This document shows, piece by piece, positions 30,615 to 40,288 of a stretch of 64,000 nucleotides of DNA (positions within the stretch are counted from its first letter, which is position 1; the number at the start of each line of letters is the position of its first letter). The notes under the pieces were generated by a model that was given only the letters and a program-made list of their open reading frames with translations, was not told where the DNA came from and did not search any database. Made by a program: the position numbers and the translations under genes. Source of the DNA: Schmidtea nova (lineage: Eukaryota); NCBI GenBank assembly GCA_044892505.1, contig CM097882.1:348378001-348442000 (forward strand). Reading direction: 5' to 3'.

Positions 30615-30911
30615 TATTTTATTAATTAGAAACTTCCTAATCTTGATTTTTTCTCAATGGAACACCTTTCTCATATATGTTACAATATTAAAAATGATTG
30701 AATAATCAGAGAAAAAAGTTAAAATTTCATTTTCATAAATGTAGTGTGTGAAAGCTTTCTATCCTTTTGCAATTTTATGATTATTTTGTGCAGTGTTGTT
30801 TATTTAAATATGTAACTGTTGAAAAAAAGAATATTGGATATGAAAATGGATAAAGTATTGCAAGTGTTGATATATATATTGTAAATTTTAACGATTGATA
30901 AATTCTTTCAA

Positions 30912-30984
30912 GGTTCGATGGTGTAGCGGTTATCACGTCTGCTTTACACGCAGAAGGTCCCCGGTTCGATCCCGGGTCGAACCA
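30912..30984 (+). tRNA. tRNA-Val-TAC: tRNA-Val(TAC)
   Basis: Canonical copy. Confidence 0.96.
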
Positions 30985-31132
30985 AATTTTTATTGTAAAT
31001 TGTTAAATCTTGTTTACTATGTTTCCATTGTTTACTAGTGTTATTTTGTGTGTGTGTGTGTTTTATTAGTAAATCAGATCAATTTATTTAGCTGAAAGTT
31101 GGTAACAAACGAAAATTTGAAAATATTTACAG

Positions 31133-31205
31133 GGTTCGATGGTGTAGCGGTTATCACGTCTGCTTCACACGCAGAAGGTCCCCGGTTCGATCCCGGGTCG
31201 AACCA
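31133..31205 (+). tRNA. tRNA-Val-CAC: tRNA-Val(CAC)
   Basis: Canonical copy. Confidence 0.95.
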
Positions 31206-31502
31206 TATTTTATTAATTAGAAACTTCCTAATCTTGATTTTTTCTCAATGGAACACCTTTCTCATATATGTTACAATATTAAAAATGATTGAATAATCAG
31301 AGAAAAAAGTTAAAATTTCATTTTCATAAATGTAGTGTGTGAAAGCTTTCTATCCTTTTGCAATTTTATGATTATTTTGTGCAGTGTTGTTTATTTAAAT
31401 ATGTAACTGTTGAAAAAAAGAATATTGGATATGAAAATGGATAAAGTATTGCAAGTGTTGATATATATATTGTAAATTTTAACGATTGATAAATTCTTTC
31501 AA

Positions 31503-31574
31503 GGTTCGATGGTGTAGCGGTTATCACGTCTGCTTTACACGCAGAAGGTCCCCGGTTCGATCCCGGTCGAACCA
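31503..31574 (+). tRNA. tRNA-Val-TAC: tRNA-Val(TAC) with 1-nt G deletion in the T-stem (possible pseudogene or sequencing error)
   Basis: GATCCCGGTCGAACC instead of GATCCCGGGTCGAACC; seen once. Confidence 0.65.
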
Positions 31575-31722
31575 AATTTTTATTGTAAATTGTTAAATCT
31601 TGTTTACTATGTTTCCATTGTTTACTAGTGTTATTTTGTGTGTGTGTGTGTTTTATTAGTAAATCAGATCAATTTATTTAGCTGAAAGTTGGTAACAAAC
31701 GAAAATTTGAAAATATTTACAG

Positions 31723-31796
31723 GGTTCGATGGTGTAGCGGTTATCACGTCTGCTTCACACGCAGAAGGTTCCCCGGTTCGATCCCGGGTCGAACCA
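31723..31796 (+). tRNA. tRNA-Val-CAC: tRNA-Val(CAC), +T variable-loop variant
   Basis: 74 nt, AGAAGGTTCCCC. Confidence 0.8.
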
Positions 31797-32093
31797 TATT
31801 TTATTAATTAGAAACTTCCTAATCTTGATTTTTTCTCAATGGAACACCTTTCTCATATATGTTACAATATTAAAAATGATTGAATAATCAGAGAAAAAAG
31901 TTAAAATTTCATTTTCATAAATGTAGTGTGTGAAAGCTTTCTATCCTTTTGCAATTTTATGATTATTTTGTGCAGTGTTGTTTATTTAAATATGTAACTG
32001 TTGAAAAAAAGAATATTGGATATGAAAATGGATAAAGTATTGCAAGTGTTGATATATATATTGTAAATTTTAACGATTGATAAATTCTTTCAA

Positions 32094-32102
32094 GGTTCGA
32101 TG
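32094..32102 (+). pseudogene. 5' stub of tRNA-Val disrupted by copy 4
   Basis: GGTTCGATG|ACTC. Confidence 0.9.
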
Positions 32103-34733
32103 ACTCAATCACCTGCTGCTCAGTCAACTGCTGCTGATGTAATGACTCAGTCTATTGCAAATCAGTCAACTGTGACGAAGCAATATGAATTAGAAAACAT
32201 TCTCAAATATCAAATTTCCAGTTTGCAATGTTTTCAATCGATTTTAGATTATTTTTCTCAACTAAATGGTGGAAATCTCGCTACTGCCTCAGTTCTATCT
32301 GATGCGAATGCAAGTCAACGGAGTTCTTTCGATCAAGGATCTAAAATTTCTCCAAACCAATCTGATAATATGCCACTTTCTTATGCTGATATTGAGACTA
32401 AATTCACTAAATCAAAGGATTTACTTATTGTCAAGCGCCTGGATTCATTGGAGTCTCAATTTATGAATATGGCTGAAAAGTTAGATTATTTGGTTTCTTT
32501 GTTTAATGGCTCTGTTGATGATTTATCAGATTTTCCTAAAGTAAATGAAAATAATTTAAATAATAATCCTTTCAATAAAAATAAAGTTTTTGATATCAAA
32601 GATAAATTAATTGTAAATAATGTAGTTTTAGATAAATCAAATATTTCAGAATTTATTGAAAATAATATTGCTAAAATTCCTAATAGTTTAATTGATGTAA
32701 ATAATAAAATGTGTAATTCAAATAATAAATTTCTAAATAACCCTAATAAAGAGAATGTTAAACATTTTAATAATCCCAAAGATACATCTTCAATTGATTT
32801 GACTAACGATAAAATTATGCCAAATGAAAACATAGAAATAATTATTAAAAATAATAAAAAATCTGTTAAAATTATAGAACTTTATAAAACAACTAAACAG
32901 AAGTATGATAAATTTGAATTTAAAAGTCTGGTTCGTATTTTAACGAAAAGGGAACGCCAGAAAATCTTGAATGCCTTCCCTGCTTTAATACAACTAATTA
33001 AAAAGAAAGAATCACAGAGTAAATATTTTGAAATTAATAAATTTCTTTCGAGCAAAGATTTTAATGTGAATCACTTGAATTTAATTAATTTTGATTATTT
33101 TTTCTATAGAAATTGTAATCTTTGTGTATCTTTAAAATTGAACAACGCTCCTGTCATTTCATCAGCACCAAAACCTGTTGTTTTAAAAACTATTAAATTA
33201 ATTGACCATAATATCGTCAAAATAAATTCTGAAATCCCTGACTTTGTTCGAGCTCCAATGTCAATTCGAAGATTTTTATTCAATCTTTCGCACGATCTTT
33301 CAAACACTGTTTCCATCAAGGATGAGAAACACAGGGGAAATAAAATAAATAACATTCTTACTTCAATGAAACATAAACAACAATTACCAGATTATTTAAT
33401 AAAATCAAACATTAAATACGAAAATGGTGAGTTCTTATTATTAGATTTGACTAACGATAAAATCAAATTGAACGACGATAATAACTTGATAAAATCAAAT
33501 TTTTCTGAACTTACTAGAAGTCAGATTAAAAATCTTTACCATTCTTATCCTTCTCTTAAGGAAGTTTGTTTCGTTGAAAATCTTGAAACAAGATCATCAT
33601 CCGTTAGTAAAATTATCGAATCTTTAAAGTTAATTAATGAATTTCCAAAAAATATCATTTTTAAAGAGGGTAAATTTTATCAGTCTGATAAAAGAACAAT
33701 CTCACCTAGTAGTTCTCCTGACATAATGTTCAACCTTGGTCTTTTTAATTTAGCTAGTATGAGTAGAAAAGATTGTGAATTAAAATCCATTTTAGAGAAG
33801 ACTGGTTGTGACTTTAAAATAGTTGAAATAATATTCTACCTCAACTATTTAGGCTTGACTCAATCTTTAGAATTTTGCAAAAATCAAACTTATTCTGATT
33901 ATGTGAGGAATTACGTCTGCAATTGCTGCTTGATAAACTCACTCTGTAGTATTGCTGATGTTGATTCGCTTTCATCTGAAGATTTTGAGGGTTGGGCGAC
34001 CGAAATTGTTCAGAAAATCCCAGTTTCTTCCTATTACTTCAATAGCTGCCAGGAAAAGCTTTTAAAGCTGAAGCAATGGGACATTTCAACTAAAATCAAA
34101 AGAATCCATAACGTTATTTCACCTGAAATAATATCTTATTTAAATAACTTTCTTGACTCTGTAGACGTAAAATTTCCATCTAAGTCTCAACAACATAATA
34201 TTCTAATTAAATTAATGAAAGCTATCAATGACATTAAAATTTTTGATGACATACACGGAAATAAAGCAAAAAGACTTGTTTACTTTTTGCTAAGAGATGC
34301 CAAGAAATATTTGAATAAAAATCAACGATTCAGATTATTTGAATCGAGCAATAAATATTGCACTTTAGAGATGGAGAATATAATTTCAGTAATAATTGAG
34401 AACCTTACCAAAGTTACTGACCATGAAGTTACTACTCCTGAAATCACAGTTGAAGAAACGCCAATTGAAATAACTTGTGATCCTGAACCTATCGTCTTGA
34501 TTAAGGAAATAAACTGTTTAAAATGCAACAATATCATCGAAAAATGCATTCTTGTTAGAGATGGAACAAACGTCAACATCTGTGAAAGCTGTCTATTTGA
34601 CGCAATTACCTTTGAAAAGCCGATTCCTGAAGCTACTAATTCGGATATCGAAGAAAATATAGAAACAAATTGTAAGAAATCTTGTCCAAGACCTAGAAAA
34701 ACAGACAAGAAAACATCAACCAAAGCAAAATGA
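32100..34733 (+). CDS. ORF1 of copy 4 (877 aa)
   Basis: Intact. Confidence 0.88.
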   Translation: MTQSPAAQSTAADVMTQSIANQSTVTKQYELENILKYQISSLQCFQSILDYFSQLNGGNLATASVLSDANASQRSSFDQGSKISPNQSDNMPLSYADIETKFTKSKDLLIVKRLDSLESQFMNMAEKLDYLVSLFNGSVDDLSDFPKVNENNLNNNPFNKNKVFDIKDKLIVNNVVLDKSNISEFIENNIAKIPNSLIDVNNKMCNSNNKFLNNPNKENVKHFNNPKDTSSIDLTNDKIMPNENIEIIIKNNKKSVKIIELYKTTKQKYDKFEFKSLVRILTKRERQKILNAFPALIQLIKKKESQSKYFEINKFLSSKDFNVNHLNLINFDYFFYRNCNLCVSLKLNNAPVISSAPKPVVLKTIKLIDHNIVKINSEIPDFVRAPMSIRRFLFNLSHDLSNTVSIKDEKHRGNKINNILTSMKHKQQLPDYLIKSNIKYENGEFLLLDLTNDKIKLNDDNNLIKSNFSELTRSQIKNLYHSYPSLKEVCFVENLETRSSSVSKIIESLKLINEFPKNIIFKEGKFYQSDKRTISPSSSPDIMFNLGLFNLASMSRKDCELKSILEKTGCDFKIVEIIFYLNYLGLTQSLEFCKNQTYSDYVRNYVCNCCLINSLCSIADVDSLSSEDFEGWATEIVQKIPVSSYYFNSCQEKLLKLKQWDISTKIKRIHNVISPEIISYLNNFLDSVDVKFPSKSQQHNILIKLMKAINDIKIFDDIHGNKAKRLVYFLLRDAKKYLNKNQRFRLFESSNKYCTLEMENIISVIIENLTKVTDHEVTTPEITVEETPIEITCDPEPIVLIKEINCLKCNNIIEKCILVRDGTNVNICESCLFDAITFEKPIPEATNSDIEENIETNCKKSCPRPRKTDKKTSTKAK

Positions 34734-37700
34734 AGATGTGTGCCTGCATCAGCTCAATCGTCTGCCATTCCCTCTAATGAGACTGATGCAGAGAGCACAA
34801 CTAAAAATAATATTTCAACTATCGACAATCGTGATCCTGAAGTGTGGTTTTCTGATAATGATATTGATTGGTATCTTGAAAACCACATTGATAATCCAAT
34901 GCATGGATATATTAAATGCTTTATAGTAAATATCATCTGTTCTAACATCACAGAAGATATTGTTGAAATTCCACCATCTATTAGCAATGCTGAAATTGTA
35001 TTTTGTCCACTCAACATTAACAATTCGCACTGGATTCTTTTTGTTTATAGTAAGAAAATGTTATCTTCTTACTTTATTGACCCAATCCTTGCAAACAGAC
35101 AAAAGCCAATCAATAAACAAATGGCTCAGAGAATTAATCTAAAACTGAATAGATTTTTTAATCTAAATATATCTGTGTCCCGACATCCACACAAACATCT
35201 TGAATATCAGAATAACAGCTTTGACTGTGGCCCATTTACGTGTGCTTATGCTGTGATTATCAGTAAAGATTTGAACAGCTTTCCAAATGGGTTCATAGAG
35301 AAAATTCGTACCAGTGTGCATGAAAATCAAAATCGTATGCAAATAACCGAATCCACCTTATTCGCTGGTACTAACTCCAAGATGGACATGACCAAAATAA
35401 ATATCAAGAAAGCCCTTGCAAAAAAGAAAGTCATCACCAACACCTCAGATATGACCAAAGTATTGAACACTCAAAAACCGTGTGTGTCATCAATAATTAG
35501 TAAATATTACGAAAGTAATTCTAAAATAACAGTCTTATCTGCCGAACTAACTTTAAACCTAATTGCACAAAATACCTCCTTCATAGCTGATAATGTCACT
35601 TTCAAGCAGTTCAAAGGAATCGATCATGTTATAAGTATCATTCCTAAATTTAACGATTGGTGTCTCTTTGTCTATTCGAATAAACTTGACAGGAGCTACA
35701 TGTTCGACTTCAATTATCGAAACATTGATGAAAGGCTAATTGAAATTGGTGAAAAGATAACTGAATATCTGAATCAATTCACTCTTGTTTCTAAAATAAA
35801 ATTCACACCTCATCATAGAATTTCTCATCCAACATTTCATTCTTACGATGATCAATATTTTGCAAGTTCTTTTATTGTATTTTTTGAGAAACTTGTCTTT
35901 GAAAGAATACTGGACAATGATAAGGTTTATGACTCATTAAGTGCTCTAAAATATCAGTCTTGTAAAGATCTTTCTCCTAGCCTAAGTTTCATTAATGGTA
36001 AAATATCCGACAAAATTATTGAGGAATATTTTGCTAGCCTAAACTTATCGACCAAATATATTCTTCTAAACACAACAATGTGTACTGCGCTTTCAGATGA
36101 TTGCACTGAATACTTGAAAGACTTTGTAAACATTGAGTGCATGATGAAGGCTACTATAATCTTTGTAATCATTTCTCCTCCAAGAGCCAACGACTTGCTC
36201 ATGGTTATTGATTACGACGCTGATGAGCACTATTTATTAAGCCCAGTCACTAATGACTTGTTCGTTATGACTGAAGGATTCTGCTATAAATTACTAATTA
36301 AAATTAATGAGATTAGAGAGAGCACAGGACGTTCCTTGAAATCGCGTAATTGTCGACATGACGTTAAAGGTTCTGGCTTATTTAGTAGGTTATTAATCTG
36401 TGCCTTTATTAAATATTATGCATTTGACCGATCTCTAGAAAATATCAATCTTCATGAAATTGGCAAAATTATCTACTCACTTGTGCCATTAGTTGATAAA
36501 AATGATAATGCTGAGGAAGAAAGACGACTAAAATCAAAAGCTGTAAACTCTTTAAAACTAAATTTAAAACAGCGAATAGAAAAAGCCAATAATCTTATAA
36601 TTTCACTTGAACACGCCAGTATTGATGAAATCATAAGTGGCATTCTTTCAAATATTCCTCGTCTTAAAGATTTGAACACCGATCACATTCGTACACCATA
36701 TTTAGGTACTAAAATAGAAAAAGCTAGAAAATTCAAAAATTCCACTGAGTTTCTGTCAAACATGAAAAAGACTGTGTATAGGATTTTGGGTAACAACACA
36801 GAATCAATTGCACCTCCTTATCAGGAAATTATTGACACTTTCAGTCATCCTGATACATTACCTAGAAATTGGGAAAACATCTTAAAATTCACTAAGAGTT
36901 CTAAATATAGTCTTGAATTAAATCCAATGACACCTAAAGAAATCCTTTCAAGTCTTTGCAAAGCTGACAACACTTCTCCAGGTCTTGATAATGTTTGTTA
37001 TAAAGATCTTTTGTTATTAGACCCTGAATGTAAATTGCTAGCTTTTCTGTACAATAAAATCCTAAAATTAGACATTATTCCTACAAGTTGGAAATCATTT
37101 AAAACGATACTAATCCCCAAACCAGATAAAAATGGCCAATATCATAAAATATATTCTTGGCGACCAATTGCCTTATTATCTGTCATTTACAAAGTCTTCG
37201 CTTCAGTTTTGGCAAATCGTCTAAGCTTATGGATAAGAAATAATTCCATGTTACACATTGGCCAAAAGGGTGGTTCGGAGTACGAAGGATGTATTGAACA
37301 CAACTCTATTCTTTCTGCTATCGTCGAACATTCAAAATACAGCAAGTCTTCACCTTTAACGATAGCTTGGCTAGACATCAAAGATGCCTTCGGAAGTGTT
37401 CCACATGACTACATGTGGACACTGTTAAAACACATAAATGTTAGTGATAGGTTTGTAGGAATTTTAAAACTGCTCTATACTGATACAAGCTCGTTTTACT
37501 GTTGCAATAAAATGCAGACACCGGATATTCCAATAAAGAAAGGAGTTAAACAAGGTTGTCCGATCTCAATGATATTGTTTGCAATAGCTATTAACCCAGT
37601 ACTTGAGTCTATTAATCTATCAAACGTTAATCCTTTTACGATTGGAACATCTCCGGTACAGGTGTTGGCTTATGCGGATGATATCGCACTTATCGCGACA

Positions 37701-39705
37701 AATACCTCTGATCTGCAAATACTCATAAACGTTGCTGTAAACACCGCTAAAACAATTGGATTTGAATATCGTCCAGAAAAGTGCGCTTATATGCAATTCC
37801 CTAAAATAGAAACTGTAAGCGAGATTTCTGTCAACAACGTTCTTATCAAAAAGATTGCAACAAATGAATTTTACCAATACTTGGGAGTACCAATAGGTGA
37901 CAATAATGATCAAAGTCCCTATGAAATTCTAAGCAAAGTAATTGAAGACACAAAGAAAATAGCAAATTCTGATCTTTACGGCTGGCAAAAACTTAAAGCG
38001 TATAAGGTCTTTCTGCATTCTCGCTTGATTTTTCCATTTAGAACTAGGGAAATCAAAACAAGTTCTTTAGCTGATTCGAGTAAAAATTCAAAATTAAATG
38101 TAAATAATACGAGTATTTTGAGGAGTCATCTTAGAAAAATATTGCACTTGCCACACTACTCTGAGATTAGCTATTTTTATAATTCTACTGAAAACGGCGG
38201 TGCAGGCTGCATAGACTTACTTGACGAGTATCATACACAGACAATCGTGTACTTTTTCCGTTTGTTAACATCAACGTGCGAATATTCGAAAAAGATAAAT
38301 ACTGACTCGCTTTTATTTGTCACAAGTCCGAGACTCGGAATCAAAAATCCAGTTCTTAAACAAAGTTTAGAATGGATAAATGGAAAAGAGAGCAAGAAAA
38401 ACAACAGTGGTTGCAAAACTCGATTTTATCGGTTGCGATCATCCATTGCTTACTTTTCTAAAGTTCACAACATTAAATTGTTATTTGAAACAGTGAAAGG
38501 GAATCCTTCTATCCGTATAACCACTACACTTAAGGGAACACGTATATTATTACCAACATTAAGAAAAGCCTTGTCAATGATTTTACATTCAGCTCTCCAG
38601 GATTCGTATCTCGAGAAATGGGAGAATAGCAATCATAATAATCTGCTTGTATCTGCGATAAAACTCTGTCCACTTGTCAACAAGCTTATTTTCCGCAGTG
38701 ATTTGACAGAATTTGAATGGAGATTCGTCCATCGAGCAAGAACGAATACATTATCAATATTTGCGAAGCCATATAAAACTGGCGAAAATCGTCTTTGTCG
38801 TAGATGTAAGCTTGAAGACGAGACTTTATCACACGTTCTTCAAACTTGTAAAATGAACAAATCTTTGGCAACTAGTCGACATAACGCTTGCTTAGAAAAA
38901 ATAAAAAGCGAGTTGAAAGATCCAAACTTGTTAGTTGTTGCGGATCATAAATGTTCCCTAGTACCGACATCAACTGAACGCGTTGATTTAATAATAACCA
39001 ATAATGATAAAAAGACCATATTATTGGTAGACATGAAATGCCCAATCGATTCGGTGCCCAACTTTGACTTGGCTGATAAAAAAAACATAGAAAAGTATGA
39101 TAAACTAAAATCAGAAATTAAAATAGCCAAACCCGATTATAAAGTTGAGTTGTTTACCTGCATCATAGGCTCATTAGGATCCATTGAAATTAAAACACCT
39201 GATCTTTTAGTAAAAATGGGAGTAAAAGAAAATAAAGTAAAACGTCTGATGAAAGAGTGTGCAATTAGCAATATTGCGCACTCGGCCAAAATTTGGTACT
39301 TTCATACCAATGGCTTTCTTCCAGATAATATAAGACAAACTTGTAAATAAATAATTATATATATATATAAATATTTGCTTTTTAAACTCTGTAAATAAAA
39401 TTTAAAGTAAATATTTTGTAAAGTAATTTTTGTATTAAATATCAAATCTTTTTAATCTGATAAATTGTCTTTGAGAGTTATTAAATTGGGAGACCAAGTA
39501 TTCTGCAACGTATGTCACTTATTCTAGACTTATCAACTTCAAAATAATACAGTCGCAAAGCTGGATGACGAAATCCAAAGAACCAGAAACTTCCATTCAG
39601 ATTGAACAATTATATTTTGACTGTGATTGTTTAGGCACTAATCCATGTTGATTAGATAATCTGTAAAAAAAATATGTCAAACTTGTTATATTTAATAAAT
39701 GTTTA
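32103..39705 (+). mobile_element. RLE non-LTR retrotransposon copy 4, 7603 bp, in tRNA-Val(TAC)
   Basis: Same junctions; intact ORFs. Confidence 0.95.
34740..39350 (+). CDS. ORF2 of copy 4 (protease-RT-RLE)
   Basis: Intact; same motifs. Confidence 0.95.
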   Translation: MPASAQSSAIPSNETDAESTTKNNISTIDNRDPEVWFSDNDIDWYLENHIDNPMHGYIKCFIVNIICSNITEDIVEIPPSISNAEIVFCPLNINNSHWILFVYSKKMLSSYFIDPILANRQKPINKQMAQRINLKLNRFFNLNISVSRHPHKHLEYQNNSFDCGPFTCAYAVIISKDLNSFPNGFIEKIRTSVHENQNRMQITESTLFAGTNSKMDMTKINIKKALAKKKVITNTSDMTKVLNTQKPCVSSIISKYYESNSKITVLSAELTLNLIAQNTSFIADNVTFKQFKGIDHVISIIPKFNDWCLFVYSNKLDRSYMFDFNYRNIDERLIEIGEKITEYLNQFTLVSKIKFTPHHRISHPTFHSYDDQYFASSFIVFFEKLVFERILDNDKVYDSLSALKYQSCKDLSPSLSFINGKISDKIIEEYFASLNLSTKYILLNTTMCTALSDDCTEYLKDFVNIECMMKATIIFVIISPPRANDLLMVIDYDADEHYLLSPVTNDLFVMTEGFCYKLLIKINEIRESTGRSLKSRNCRHDVKGSGLFSRLLICAFIKYYAFDRSLENINLHEIGKIIYSLVPLVDKNDNAEEERRLKSKAVNSLKLNLKQRIEKANNLIISLEHASIDEIISGILSNIPRLKDLNTDHIRTPYLGTKIEKARKFKNSTEFLSNMKKTVYRILGNNTESIAPPYQEIIDTFSHPDTLPRNWENILKFTKSSKYSLELNPMTPKEILSSLCKADNTSPGLDNVCYKDLLLLDPECKLLAFLYNKILKLDIIPTSWKSFKTILIPKPDKNGQYHKIYSWRPIALLSVIYKVFASVLANRLSLWIRNNSMLHIGQKGGSEYEGCIEHNSILSAIVEHSKYSKSSPLTIAWLDIKDAFGSVPHDYMWTLLKHINVSDRFVGILKLLYTDTSSFYCCNKMQTPDIPIKKGVKQGCPISMILFAIAINPVLESINLSNVNPFTIGTSPVQVLAYADDIALIATNTSDLQILINVAVNTAKTIGFEYRPEKCAYMQFPKIETVSEISVNNVLIKKIATNEFYQYLGVPIGDNNDQSPYEILSKVIEDTKKIANSDLYGWQKLKAYKVFLHSRLIFPFRTREIKTSSLADSSKNSKLNVNNTSILRSHLRKILHLPHYSEISYFYNSTENGGAGCIDLLDEYHTQTIVYFFRLLTSTCEYSKKINTDSLLFVTSPRLGIKNPVLKQSLEWINGKESKKNNSGCKTRFYRLRSSIAYFSKVHNIKLLFETVKGNPSIRITTTLKGTRILLPTLRKALSMILHSALQDSYLEKWENSNHNNLLVSAIKLCPLVNKLIFRSDLTEFEWRFVHRARTNTLSIFAKPYKTGENRLCRRCKLEDETLSHVLQTCKMNKSLATSRHNACLEKIKSELKDPNLLVVADHKCSLVPTSTERVDLIITNNDKKTILLVDMKCPIDSVPNFDLADKKNIEKYDKLKSEIKIAKPDYKVELFTCIIGSLGSIEIKTPDLLVKMGVKENKVKRLMKECAISNIAHSAKIWYFHTNGFLPDNIRQTCK

Positions 39706-39760
39706 TTATCACGTCTGCTTTACACGCAGAAGGTCCCCGGTTCGATCCCGGGTCGAACCA
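39706..39760 (+). pseudogene. 3' remnant of tRNA-Val(TAC) after copy 4
   Basis: nt 19-73. Confidence 0.92.
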
Positions 39761-39908
39761 AATTTTTATTGTAAATTGTTAAATCTTGTTTACTATGTTT
39801 CCATTGTTTACTAGTGTTATTTTGTGTGTGTGTGTGTTTTATTAGTAAATCAGATCAATTTATTTAGCTGAAAGTTGGTAACAAACGAAAATTTGAAAAT
39901 ATTTACAG

Positions 39909-39982
39909 GGTTCGATGGTGTAGCGGTTATCACGTCTGCTTCACACGCAGAAGGTTCCCCGGTTCGATCCCGGGTCGAACCA
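39909..39982 (+). tRNA. tRNA-Val-CAC: tRNA-Val(CAC), +T variable-loop variant
   Basis: 74 nt, AGAAGGTTCCCC. Confidence 0.8.
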
Positions 39983-40279
39983 TATTTTATTAATTAGAAA
40001 CTTCCTAATCTTGATTTTTTCTCAATGGAACACCTTTCTCATATATGTTACAATATTAAAAATGATTGAATAATCAGAGAAAAAAGTTAAAATTTCATTT
40101 TCATAAATGTAGTGTGTGAAAGCTTTCTATCCTTTTGCAATTTTATGATTATTTTGTGCAGTGTTGTTTATTTAAATATGTAACTGTTGAAAAAAAGAAT
40201 ATTGGATATGAAAATGGATAAAGTATTGCAAGTGTTGATATATATATTGTAAATTTTAACGATTGATAAATTCTTTCAA

Positions 40280-40288
40280 GGTTCGATG
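40280..40288 (+). pseudogene. 5' stub of tRNA-Val disrupted by copy 5
   Basis: GGTTCGATG|ACTC after the TAC-type upstream spacer. Confidence 0.9.

Larger units (their letters stand above)
28935..32102 (+). repeat. tRNA-Val array block (5 units plus an extra 222-bp CAC sub-unit)
   Basis: 591-bp periodicity with one extra CAC gene plus short spacer. Confidence 0.95.
39706..40288 (+). repeat. tRNA-Val array block (single unit between copies 4 and 5)
   Basis: TAC 3' remnant, one CAC gene, long spacer, TAC 5' stub. Confidence 0.95.

Noticed and set aside
31503-31574. Single G deletion in one TAC gene as a biological signal
   Set aside because: Seen once in a G homopolymer, so it cannot be distinguished from a sequencing error.
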